Shown: positions 1 to 11,600 of the stretch, one piece after another | Numbering within the stretch: the first letter of the stretch is position 1 | Layout: every line of letters starts with the position of its first letter | Assembly: GCF_964355755.1 (NCBI RefSeq) | Contig: NC_092671.1 | Coordinates: 21,531,317-21,595,316 of the forward strand | From: Antedon mediterranea | Taxonomy: Eukaryota; Animalia; Echinodermata | Reading direction: 5' to 3' | DNA: 64,000 nt | Translations under genes and position numbers: made by a program | Notes under the pieces: generated by a model | What the model saw: only the letters and a program-made list of their open reading frames with translations | The model's database searches: none | What the model was told of the DNA's origin: nothing

Positions 1-36
1 ATTAGTGATTTTCGAAAAAACTTGGTTACACAAAAA

Positions 37-113
37 CATCAAAGTGGTTAAAATCACATTATAAACCGTTTTAGACCATTTTGAGCATTTCGATAACACT
101 TTTCACACAAAAA
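37..113 (+). repeat. Example of short 'B' monomer (77 bp; 76-bp and about 74-bp sub-variants elsewhere)
   Basis: CATCAAAG at 37 and again at 114. Relative to consensus it lacks the 10-mer AGAATAGCTT plus 1 bp, and carries AAAATCACATTATAAACCG and GAGCATTTCGATAACAC. Recurs throughout the window. Confidence 0.93.
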
Positions 114-632
114 CATCAAAGTGCTTAGAATAGCTTCAAATCGCATTTGGAGACGTTTTAGACCATTTTGTGATTTTCGAAAAAAACTTTTTAACATAAA
201 AACACCAAACTGCTAAGAATAGCTTCAAATCGCATATGGAGACAATTTAGACCATTTTGTGATTTTCGAAAAAACTTGTTAACATAAAAACACCAAAGTG
301 CTTAGAATACCTTCAAATCGCATTTGGAGACATTTTAGACCATTTTGTGATTTTCGAAAAAACTTGTTAACATAAAAACATCAAAGTGCTAAGAATAGCT
401 TCCAATCGCATTTGGAGACGTTTTAGACTATTTTGTGATTTTCGAAAACAACTTGTTAACATAAAAACACCAAAGTGCTTAGAATAGCTTCAAATCGCAT
501 TTGGAGACGTTTTAGACCAATTTGTGATTTTCGAAAAAACTTGGTTACACAAAAACATCAAAGTGGATAAAATCACATTATAAACCGTTTTAGACCATTT
601 TGAGCATTTCGATAACACATTTCACACAAAAA

Positions 633-719
633 CATCAAAGAGCACAAAATAGCTTAATATCGTATTTAAAAACGTTTTAAACCATTTTGAGCATTTCGAC
701 AAAACTTTTTCACACAAAA
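633..719 (+). repeat. Example of diverged 'C' monomer (87 bp)
   Basis: CATCAAAGAGCACAAAATAGCTTAATATCGTATTTAAAAACG... is colinear with the consensus but has many substitutions. It follows a B monomer wherever I checked. Confidence 0.92.
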
Positions 720-3700
720 CACCAAAGTGTACAGAATAGCTTCAAATCCCATTTGGAGACGTTTTAGACCATTTTGTGATTTTCGAAAAAACTTGTTAAT
801 ATAAAAACACCAAAGTACTTAGAATAGCTTCAAATCGCATTTGGAGACGTTGTAGACCATTTTGTGATTTTCGAAAAAACTTGTTAACATAAAAACACCA
901 AAGTTTACAGAATAGCTTCAAATCGCATTTGGAGACGTTTTAGACAATTTTGTGCATTTCGATGAAACTTGGTTACACAAAAACATCAAAGTGCTTAAAA
1001 TCACATTATAAACCGTTTTAGACCATTTGAGCATTTCCATAACACTTTTCACACAAAAACATCAAAGGGCACAATATAGCTTAATATCCTATTTAAAAAC
1101 GTTTTAGACCATTTTGAGCATTTCGACAAAACTTTTTCACACAAAACACCAAAGTGCTTAGAATACCTTCAAATCGCATTTGGAGACGTTTTAGACCATT
1201 TTGTGATTTTCGAAAAAACTTAACATAAAAACATCAAAGTTTACAGAATAGCTTCAAATCGCATTTGGAGACGTTTTAAACCATTTTGTGATTTTCGAAA
1301 AAACTTGTTAACATAAAAACACCAAAATGTTTAGAATAGCTTCAAATCGCATTTGGAGACGTTTTAGACCATTTTGTGATTTTCGAAAAAACTTGTTAAC
1401 ACAAAAACACCAAAGTGATTAGAATAGCTTCAAATCGCATTTGGAGACGTTTTAGACCATTTTGTGATTTTCGAAAAAACTTGTTAACATAAAAACACCA
1501 AAGTGATTAGAATAGCTTCAAATCGCATTTGGAGACGTTTTAGACCATTTTGTGCATTTCGATGAAACTTGGTTACGCAAAAACAAAAAAGTGCTTAAAA
1601 TCACATTATAAACCGTTTTAGACCATTTTGAGCATATCGATAACACTTTTTACACAAAACGCCAAAGTGCTTAGAATAGCTTCAAATCGCATTTGGAGAC
1701 GTTTTAGACCATTTTGTGATTTTCGACAAAACTTTTTCACACAAAACACCAAAGTGCTTAGAATACCTTCAAATCGCATTTGGAGACGTTTTAGACCATT
1801 TTGTGATTTTCGAAAAAACTTGTTAACATAAAAACATCAAAGTGTACAGAATAGCTTCAAATCGCATTTGGAGACGTTTTAGACCATTTTGTGATTTTCG
1901 AAAAAACTTGTTAACATAAAAACACCAAAGTGCTTAGAATAGCTTCAAATCGAATTAGGAGACGTTTTAGACCATTTTGTGATTTTCGAAAAAACTTGTT
2001 AACATAAAAACACCAAAGTGCTTAGAATAGCTTCAAATCGCATTTGGAGACGTTTTAGACCATTTTGTGATTTTCGAAAAAACTTGTTAACATAAAAACA
2101 CCAAAGTTCTTAAAATAGCTTCAAATCGCATTTGGAGACGTTTTAGACCATTTTGTGATTTTCGAAAAAACTTGTTAACATAAAAACACCAAAGTGCTTA
2201 GAATAGCTTCAAATCGCATTTGGAGACGTTTTAGACCATTTTGGGATTTTTGAAAAAACTTGTTAACATAAAAACACCAAAGTTCTTAGAATAGCTTCAA
2301 ATCGCATTTGGAGACGTTTTAGACCATTTTGTGCATTTCGATGAAACTTGGTTACACAAAAACATCAAAGTGCTTAAAATCACGTTATAAACCGTTTTAG
2401 ACCATTTGAGCATTTCGATAACACTTTTCACACAAAAACATCAAAGGGCACAATATAGCTTAATATCCTATTTAAAAACGTTTTAGACCATTTTGAGCAT
2501 TTCGACAAAACTTTTTCACACAAAACACCAAAGTGCTTAGAATACCTTCAAATCGCATTTGGAGACGTTTTAGACAATTTTGTGATTTTCGAAAAAACTT
2601 GTTAACATAAAAACATCAAAGTTTACAGAATAGCTTCAAATCGCTTTTGGAGACGTTTTAGACAATTTTGTGATTTTCGAAAAAACTTGTTAACATAAAA
2701 ACACCAAAGTGCTTAGAATAGCTTCAAATTGCATTGGGAGACGTTTTAGACCATTTTGTGATTTTCGAAAAAACTTGTTAACATAAAAACATCAAAGTGT
2801 ACAGAATAGCTTCAAATCGCATTTGGAGACGTTTTAGACCATTTTGTGATTTTCGAAAAAACTTGTTAACATAAAAACACCAAAGTGCTTAGAATAGCTT
2901 CAAATCGCATTTGGAGACGTTTTAAACCATTTTGTGATTTTCGAAAAAACTTGTTAACATAAGAACACCAAAATGTTTAGAATAGCTTCAAATCGCATTT
3001 GGAGACGTTTTAGACCATTTTGTGATTTTCGAAAAAACTTGTTAACACAAAAACACCAAAGTGATTAGAATAGCTTCAAATCGCATTTGGAGACGTTTTA
3101 GACCATTTTGTGATTTTCGAAAAAACTTGTTAACATAAAAACACCAAAGTGATTAGAATAGCTTCAAATCGCATTTGGAGACGTTTTAGACCATTTTGTG
3201 CATTTCGATGAAACTTGGTTACGCAAAAACATCAAAGTGCTTAAAATCACATTATAAACCGTTTTAGACCATTTTGAGCATATCGATAACACTTTTTACA
3301 CAAAACACCAAAGTGCTTAGAATAGCTTCAAATCGCATTTGGAGACGTTTTAGACCATTTTGTGATTTTCGACAAAACTTTTTCACACAAAACACCAAAG
3401 TGCTTAGAATACCTTCAAATCGCATTTGGAGACGTTTTAGACCATTTTGTGATTTTCGAAAAAACTTGTTAACATAAAAACATCAAAGTGTACAGAATAG
3501 CTTCAAATCGCATTTGGAGACGTTTTAGACCATTTTGTGATTTTCGAAAAAACTTGTTAACATAAAAACACCAAAGTGCTTAGAATAGCTTCAAATCGCA
3601 TTAGGAGACGTTTTAGACCATTTTGTGATTTTCGAAAAAACTTGTTAACATAAAAACACCAAAGTGCTTAGAATAGCTTCAAATCGCATTTGGAGACGTT

Positions 3701-6700
3701 TTAGACCATTTTGTGATTTTCGAAAAAACTTGTTAACATAAAAACACCAAAATGTTTAGAATAGCTTCAAATCGCATTTGGAGACGTTTTAGACCATTTT
3801 GTGATTTTCGAAAAAACTTGTTAACACAAAAACACCAAAGTGATTAGAATAGCTTCAAATCGCATTTGGAGACGTTTTAGACCATTTTGTGCATTTCGAT
3901 GAAACTTGGTTACGCAAAAACATCAAAGTGCTTAAAATCACATTATAAACCGTTTTAGACCATTTTGAGCATATCGATAACACTTTTCACACAAAAACAT
4001 CAAAGAGCACAATATAGCTTAATATCGTATTTAAAAACGTTTTAGACCATTTTGAGCATTTCGACAAAACTTTTTCACACAAAACACCAAAGTGCTTAGA
4101 ATAGCTTCAAATCGCATTTGGAGACGTTTTAGACCATTTTGTGATTTTCGAAAAAACTTGTTAACATAAAAACATCAAAGGGCTAAGAATAGCTTCAAAT
4201 GGCATTTGGAGACATTTTAGAACAATTAGTGATTTTCGAAAAAACTTGGTTACACAAAAACATCAAAGTGGTTAAAATCACATTATAAACCGTTTTAGAC
4301 CATTTTGAGCATTTCGATAACACTTTTTACACAAAAACATCAAAGTGCTTAGAATAGCTTCAAATCGCATTTGGAGACGTTTTAGACCATTTTGTGATTT
4401 TTGAAAAAAACTTTTTAACATAAAAACACCAAACTGCTAAGAATAGCTTCAAATCGCATATGGAGACAATTTAGACCATTTTGTGATTTTCGAAAAAACT
4501 TGTTAACATAAAAACACCAAAGTGCTAAGAATAGCTTCAAATCGCATATGGAGACAATTTAGACCATTTTGTGATTTTCGAAAAAACTTGTTAACATAAA
4601 AACACCAAAGTGCTTAGAATACCTTCAAATCGCATTTGGAGACGTTTAAGACCATTTTGTGATTTTCGAAAAAACTTGTTAACATAAAAACACCAAAGTG
4701 CTTAGAATAGCTTCAAATCGCATTTGGAGACGTTTTAGACCAATTTGTGATTTTCGAAAAAACTTGGTTACACAAAAACATCAAAGTGGATAAAAGCACA
4801 TTATAAACCGTTTTAGACCATTTTGAGCATTTCGATAACACATTTCACACAAAAACATCAAAGAGCACAAAATAGCTTAATATCGTATTTAAAAACGTTT
4901 TAAACCATTTTGAGCATTTCGACAAAACTTTTTCACACAAAACACCAAAGTGTTTAGAAAAGCTTCAAATCGCATTTGGAGACGTTTTAGACCATTTTGT
5001 GATTTTCGAAAAAACTTGTTAACACAAAAACACCAAAGTGATTAGAATAGCTTCAAATCGCATTTGGAGACGTTTTAGACCATTTTGTGATTTTCGAAAA
5101 AACTTGTTAACATAAAAACACCAAAGTGATTAGAATAGCTTCAAATCGCATTTGGAGACGTTTTAGACCATTTTGTGCATTTCGATGAAACTTGGTTACG
5201 CAAAAACATCAAAGTAATAATCACATTATAAACAGTTTTAGACCATTTTGAGCATATCGATAAAACTTTTTACACAAAACACCAAAGTGCTTAGAATAGC
5301 TTCAAATCGCATTTGGAGACGTTTTAGACCATTTTGTGATTTTCGACAAAACTTTTTCACACAAAACACCAAAGTGCTTAGAATACCTTCAAATCGCATT
5401 TGGAGACGTTTTAGACCATTTTGTGATTTTCGAAAAAACTTGTTAACATAAAAACATCAAAGTGTACAGATTAGCTTCAAATCGCATTTGGAGACGTTTT
5501 AGACCATTTTGTGATTTTCGAAAAAACTTGTTAACATAAAAACACCAAAGTGCTTAGAATAGCTTCAAATCGCATTAGGAGACGTTTTAGACCATTTTGT
5601 TATTTTCGAAAAAACTTGTTAACATAAAAACACCAAAATGTTTAGAATAGCTTCAAATCGCATTTGGAGACGTTTTAGACCATTTTGTGATTTTCGAAAA
5701 AACTTGTTAACATAAAAACACCAAAGTGCTTAGAATACCTTCAAATCGCATTTGGAGACGTTTTAGACCATTTTGTGATTTTCCAAAAAACTTGTTAACA
5801 TAAAAACATCAAAGTGTACAGAATAGCTTCAAATCGCATTTGGAGACGTTTTAGACCATTTTGTGATTTTCGAAAAAACTTGTTAACATAAAAACACCAA
5901 AGTGCTTAGAATAGCTTCAAATCGCATTAGGAGACGTTTTAGACCATTTTGTGATTTTCGAAAAAACTTGTTAACATAAAAACACCAAAGTGCTTAGAAT
6001 AGCTTCAAATCGCATTTGGAGACGTTTTAGACCATTTTGTGATTTTCGAAAAAACTTGTTAACATAAAAATACCAAAATGTTTAGAATAGCTTCAAATCA
6101 CATTTGGAGACGTTTTAGACCATTTTGTGATTTTCGAAAAAACTTGTTAACACAAAAACACCAAAGTGATTAGAATAGCTTCAAATCGCATTTGGAGACG
6201 TTTTAGACCAATTTGTGCATTTCGATGAAACTTGGTTACGCAAAAACATCAAAGTGCTTAAAATCACATTATAAACCGTTTTAGACCATTTTGAGCATAT
6301 CGATAACACTTTTCACACAAAAACATCAAAGAGCACAATATAGCTTAATATCTTATTTAAAAACGTTTTAGACCATTTTGAGCATTTCGACAAAACTTTT
6401 TCACACAAAACACCAAAGTGCTTAGAATAGCTTCAAATCGCATTTGGAGACGTTTTAGACCATTTTGTGATTTTCGAAAAAACTTTTTAACATAAAAACA
6501 CCAAACTGCTAAGAATAGCTTCAAATCGCATATGGAGACAATTTAGACCATTTTGTGATTTTCGAAAAAACTTGTTAACATAAAAACACCAAAGTGCTTA
6601 GAATACCTTCAAATCGCATTTGGAGACATTTTAGACCATTTTGTGATTTTCGAAAAAACTTGTTAACATAAAAACATCAAAGTGCTAAGAATAGCTTCCA

Positions 6701-8255
6701 ATCGCATTTGTAGACGTTTTAGACCATTTTGTGATTTTCGAAAACAACTTGTTAACATAAAAACACCAAAGTGCTTAGAATAGCTTCAAATCGCATTTGG
6801 AGACGTTTTAGACCATTTTGTGATTTTCGAAAAAACTTGTTAACATAAAAACATCAAAGTGCTAAGAATAGCTTCAAATCGAATTTGGAGACATTTTAGA
6901 CCAATTAGTGATTTTCGAAAAAACTTGGTTACACAAAAACATCAAAGTGGTTAAAATCACATTATAAACCGTTTTAGACCATTTTGAGCATTTCGATAAC
7001 ACTTTTCACACAAAAACATCAAAGTGCTTAGAATAGCTTCAAATCGCATTTGGAGACGTTTTAGACCATTTTGTGATTTTCGAAAAAAACTTTTTAACAT
7101 AAAAACACCAAACTGCTAAGAATAGCTTCAAATCGCATATGGAGACAATTTAGACCATTTTGTGATTTTCGAAAAAACTTGTTAACATAAAAACACCAAA
7201 GTGCTTAGAATACCTTCAAATCGCATTTGGAGACATTTTAGACCATTTTGTGATTTTCGAAAAAACTTGTTAACATAAAAACATCAAAGTGCTAAGAATA
7301 GCTTCCAATCGCATTTGGAGACGTTTTAGACCATTTTGTGATTTTCGAAAAAACTTGTTAACATAAAAACACCAAAGTGATTAGAATAGCTTCAAATCGC
7401 ATTTGGAGACGTTTTAGACCATTTTGTGCATTTCGATGAAACTTGGTTACGCAAAAACATCAAAGTGCTTAAAATCACATTATAAACCGTTTTAGACCAT
7501 TTTGAGCATATCGATAACACTTTTTACACAAAACACCAAAGTGCTTAGAATAGCTTCAAATCGCATTTGGAGACGTTTTAGACCATTTTGTGATTTTCGA
7601 CAAAACTTTTTCACACAAAACACCAAAGTGCTTAGAATACCTTCAAATCGCATTTGGAGACGTTTTAGACCATTTTGTGATTTTCGAAAAAACTTGTTAA
7701 CATAAAAACATCAAAGTGTACAGAATAGCTTCAAATCGCATTTGGAGACGTTTTAGACCATTTTGTGATTTTCGAAAAAACTTGTTAACATAAAAACACC
7801 AAAGTGCTTAGAATAGCTTCAAATCGCATTTGGAGACGTTTTAGACCATTTTGTGATTTTCGAAAAAACTTGTTAACATAAAAACACCAAAGTGCTTAGA
7901 ATAGCTTCAAATCGCATTAGGAGACGTTTTAGACCATTTTGTGATTTTCGAAAAAACTTGTTAACATAAAAACACCAAAGTGCTTAGAATAGCTTCAAAT
8001 CGCATTTGGAGACGTTTTAGACCATTTTGTGATTTTCGAAAAAACTTGTTAACATAAAAAAAACAAAGTTCTTAAAATAGCTTCAAATCGCATTTGGAGA
8101 CGTTTTAGACCATTTTGTGATTTTCGAAAAAACCTGTTAACATAAAAACACCAAAGTGTTTAGAAAAGCTTCAAATCGCATTTGGAGACGTTTTAGACCA
8201 TTTTGGGATTTTCGAAAAAACTTGTTAACATAAAAACACCAAAGTGCTTAGAATA

Positions 8256-8266
8256 TGGCCGAGCGG
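8256..8266 (+). promoter_or_regulatory. RNA polymerase III internal promoter A box (also 26724-26734 and 42009-42019)
   Basis: TGGCCGAGCGG matches TRGCNNAGYGG and is followed by TTAAGGC, as in Ser/Leu tRNA D-arms. Confidence 0.88.
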
Positions 8267-8321
8267 TTAAGGCAGGGGCGCCGTTTATCGTACCTAAAGA
8301 GCCAACAACAACATCGGCAAG

Positions 8322-8332
8322 GGTTCGAGGCC
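8322..8332 (+). promoter_or_regulatory. RNA polymerase III internal promoter B box (also 26790-26800 and 42075-42085)
   Basis: GGTTCGAGGCC matches GGTTCGANNCC and lies 55 nt after the A box. Confidence 0.88.
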
Positions 8333-8580
8333 GACTCGCTCCTAGTTCTGGTGGTGGAACAAGTCTTCTCGGATAAGGACTATAAACCGTAGGTCCAGTG
8401 TACACAGTTATAACATGTGTGTACTTTAAAGAACCCAGTTCATTATTCGAAAAAGAGTAGGGGGTTACCCCGGTGAACTGGTTCACACAATAGCCTCTGT
8501 ATCAGGGGGATTACCACCTATCTGATAGGACAGTGATTAATTCACTATTGGTAATCCTTGGCCACAGTGCCTAAAGACAT

Positions 8581-8612
8581 AAAATAAAATAAAAATAAAT
8601 AAATAAATAATA
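8581..8612 (+). repeat. SINE 3' simple-repeat tail (AAAAT/AAAT)n merging into the target-site AATA
   Basis: AAAATAAAATAAAAATAAATAAATAAATAATA, after which the satellite resumes at GCTTCAAATCGC. Confidence 0.9.
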
Positions 8613-11600
8613 GCTTCAAATCGCATTTGGAGACGTTTTAGACCATTTTGTAATTTTCAAAAAAACTTGTTAACATAAAAACACCAAAGTTCTTAGAATA
8701 GCTTCAAATCGCATTTGGAGACGTTTTAGACCATTTTGTGCATTTCGATGAAACTTGGTTACACAAAAACATCAAAGTGCTTAAAATCACATTATAAACC
8801 GTTTTAGACCATTTGAGCATTTCGATAACACTTTTCACACAAAAACATCAAAGTTCACAATATAGCTTAATATCCTATTTAAAAACGTTTTAGACCATTT
8901 TGAGCATTTCGACAAAACTTTTTCACACAAAACACCAAAGTGCTTAGAATACCTTCAAATCGCATTTGGAGACGTTTTAGACAATTTTGTGATTTTCGAA
9001 AAAACTTGTTAACATAAAAACACCAAAGTTTACAGAATAGCTTCAAATCGCATTTGGAGACGTTTTAGACAATTTTGTGATTTTCGAAAAAACTCGTTAA
9101 CATAAAAACACCAAAGTGCTTAGAATAGCTTCAAATCGCATTGGGAGACGTTTTAGACCATTTTGTGATTTTCGAAAAAACTTGTTAACATAAAAACACC
9201 AAAGTGCTTAGAATAGCTTCAAATCGCATTTGGAGACGTTTTAGACCATTTTGTGATTTTCGAAAAAACTTGTTAACATAAAAACGCCAAAGTTCTTAAA
9301 ATAGCTTCAAATCGCATTTGGAGACGTTTTAGACCATTTTGTGATTTTCGAAAAAACTTGTTAACATAAAAACACCAAAGTGTTTAGAAAAGCTTCAAAT
9401 CGCATTTGGAGACGTTTTAGACCATTTTGGGATTTTTGAAAAAACTTGTTAACATAAAAACACCAAAGTGCTTAGAATAGCTTCAAATCGCATTTGGAGA
9501 CGTTTTAGACCATTTTGTAATTTTCAAAAAAACTTGTTAACATAAAAACACCAAAGTTCTTAGAATAGCTTCAAATCGCATTTGGAGACGTTTTAGACCA
9601 TTTTGTGCATTTCGATAAAACTTGGTTACACAAAAACATCAAAGTGCTTAAAATCACGTTATAAACCGTTTTAGACCATTTGAGCATTTCGATAACACTT
9701 TTCACACAAAAACATCAAAGGGCACAATATAGCTTAATATCCTATTTAAAAACGTTTTAGACCATTTTGAGCATTTCGACAAAACTTTTTCACACAAAAC
9801 ACCAAAGTGCTTAGAATACCTTCAAATCGCATTTGGAGACGTTTTAGACAATTTTGTGATTTTCGAAAAAACTTAACATAAAAACATCAAAGTTTACAGA
9901 ATAGCTTCAAATCGCTTTTGGAGACGTTTTAGACAATTTTGTGATTTTCGAAAAAACTTGTTAACATAAAAACACCAAAGTGCTTAGAATAGCTTCAAAT
10001 CGCATTGGGAGACGTTTTAGACCATTTTGTGATTTTCGAAAAAACTTGTTAACATAAAAACATCAAAGTGTACAGAATAGCTTCAAATCGCATTTGGAGA
10101 CGTTTTAGACCATTTTGTGATTTTCGAAAAAACTTGTTAACATAAAAACACCAAAGTGCTTAGAATAGCTTCAAATCGCATTTGGAGACGTTTTAAACCA
10201 TTTTGTGATTTTCGAAAAAACTTGTTAACATAAAAACACCAAAATGTTTAGAATAGCTTCAAATCGCATTTGGAGACGTTTTAGACCATTTTGTGATTTT
10301 CGAAAAAACTTGTTAACACAAAAACACCAAAGTGATTAGAATAGCTTCAAATCGCATTTGGAGACGTTTTAGACCATTTTGTGATTTTCGAAAAAACTTG
10401 TTAACATAAAAACACCAAAGTGATTAGAATAGCTTCAAATCGCATTTGGAGACGTTTTAGACCATTTTGTGCATTTCGATGAAACTTGGTTACGCAAAAA
10501 CATCAAAGTGCTTAAAATCACATTATAATCCGTTTTAGACCATTTTGAGCATATCGATAACACTTTTTACACAAAACACCAAAGTGCTTAGAATAGCTTC
10601 AAATCGCATTTGGAGACGTTTTAGACCATTTTGTGATTTTCGACAAAACTTTTTCACACAAAACACCAAAGTGCTTAGAATACCTTCAAATCGCATTTGG
10701 AGACGTTTTAGACCATTTTGTGATTTTCGAAAAAACTTGTTAACATAAAAACATCAAAATGTTTAGAATAGCTTCAAATCACATTTGGAGACGTTTTAGA
10801 CCATTTTGTGATTTTCGAAAAAACTTGTTAACACAAAAACACCAAAGTGATTAGAATAGCTTCAAATCGCATTTGGAGACGTTTTAGACCAATTTGTGCA
10901 TTTCGATGAAACTTGGTTACGCAAAAACATCAAAGTGCTTAAAATCACATTATAAACCGTTTTAGACCATTTTGAGCATATCGATAACACTTTTCACACA
11001 AAAACATCAAAGAGCACAATATAGCTTAATATCTTATTTAAAAACGTTTTAGACCATTTTGAGCATTTCGACAAAACTTTTTCACACAAAACACCAAAGT
11101 GCTTAGAATAGCTTCAAATCGCATTTGGAGACGTTTTAGACCATTTTGTGATTTTCGAAAAAACTTGTTAACATAAAAACATCAAAGTGCTAAGAATAGC
11201 TTCAAATCGCATTTGGAGACATTTTAGACCAATTAGTGATTTTCGAAAAAACTTGGTTACACAAAAACATCAAAGTGGTTAAAATCACATTATAAACCGT
11301 TTTAGACCATTTTGAGCATTTCGATAACACTTTTCACACAAAAACATCAAAGTGCTTAGAATAGCTTCAAATCGCATTTGGAGACGTTTTAGACCATTTT
11401 GTGATTTTCGAAAAAAACTTTTTAACATAAAAACACCAAACTTCTAAGAATAGCTTCAAATCGCATATGGAGACAATTTAGACCATTTTGTGATTTTCGA
11501 AAAAACTTGTTAACATAAAAACACCAAAGTGCTAAGAATAGCTTCAAATCGCATATGGAGACAATTTAGACCATTTTGTGATTTTCGAAAAAACTTGTTA

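Larger units (their letters stand above)
8256..8608 (+). mobile_element. tRNA-derived SINE, copy 1 (probable Deu/Nin-domain superfamily), inserted in a satellite monomer
   Basis: A box TGGCCGAGCGG at 8256-8266 and B box GGTTCGAGGCC at 8322-8332. The core GTCTTCTCGGATAAGGACTATAAACCGTAGGTCC...TTAAAGAACCC...TTCGAAAAAGAGTAGGGGGTTACCCCGGTG resembles the Deu/Nin domain as I recall it. A-rich/(AAAT)n tail at 8581-8608; AATA duplicated at 8252-8255 and 8609-8612. Confidence 0.9.

Noticed and set aside
529-545. CENP-B box-like motif TTTCGAAAAAACTTGGT
   Set aside because: At most 7 of the 9 essential positions match (NTTCGNNNNANNCGGGN) and the second CpG is absent, so this is likely chance.
8256-8343. 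Functional tRNA gene
   Set aside because: The 5' acceptor strand is missing, the T-stem pairs poorly, there is no clear anticodon arm, and the sequence continues into a SINE body and tail.
8193-8486. 97-aa minus-strand ORF (also 26661-26954 and 41946-42239)
   Set aside because: It is antisense to the SINE and runs out into satellite. There is no recognisable domain, and identity among copies reflects DNA duplication.
8508-8557. Hammerhead ribozyme in the three-way junction (CTGATAG)
   Set aside because: It lacks the CUGANGA and GAAA core. CTGATAG is one arm of a hairpin rather than a single-stranded core.
8256-8612. Insertion length (357 bp) close to four monomers (352 bp), suggesting register preservation
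   Set aside because: It is a single event of ordinary SINE length and is 5 bp (half a turn) out of phase, so coincidence cannot be excluded.
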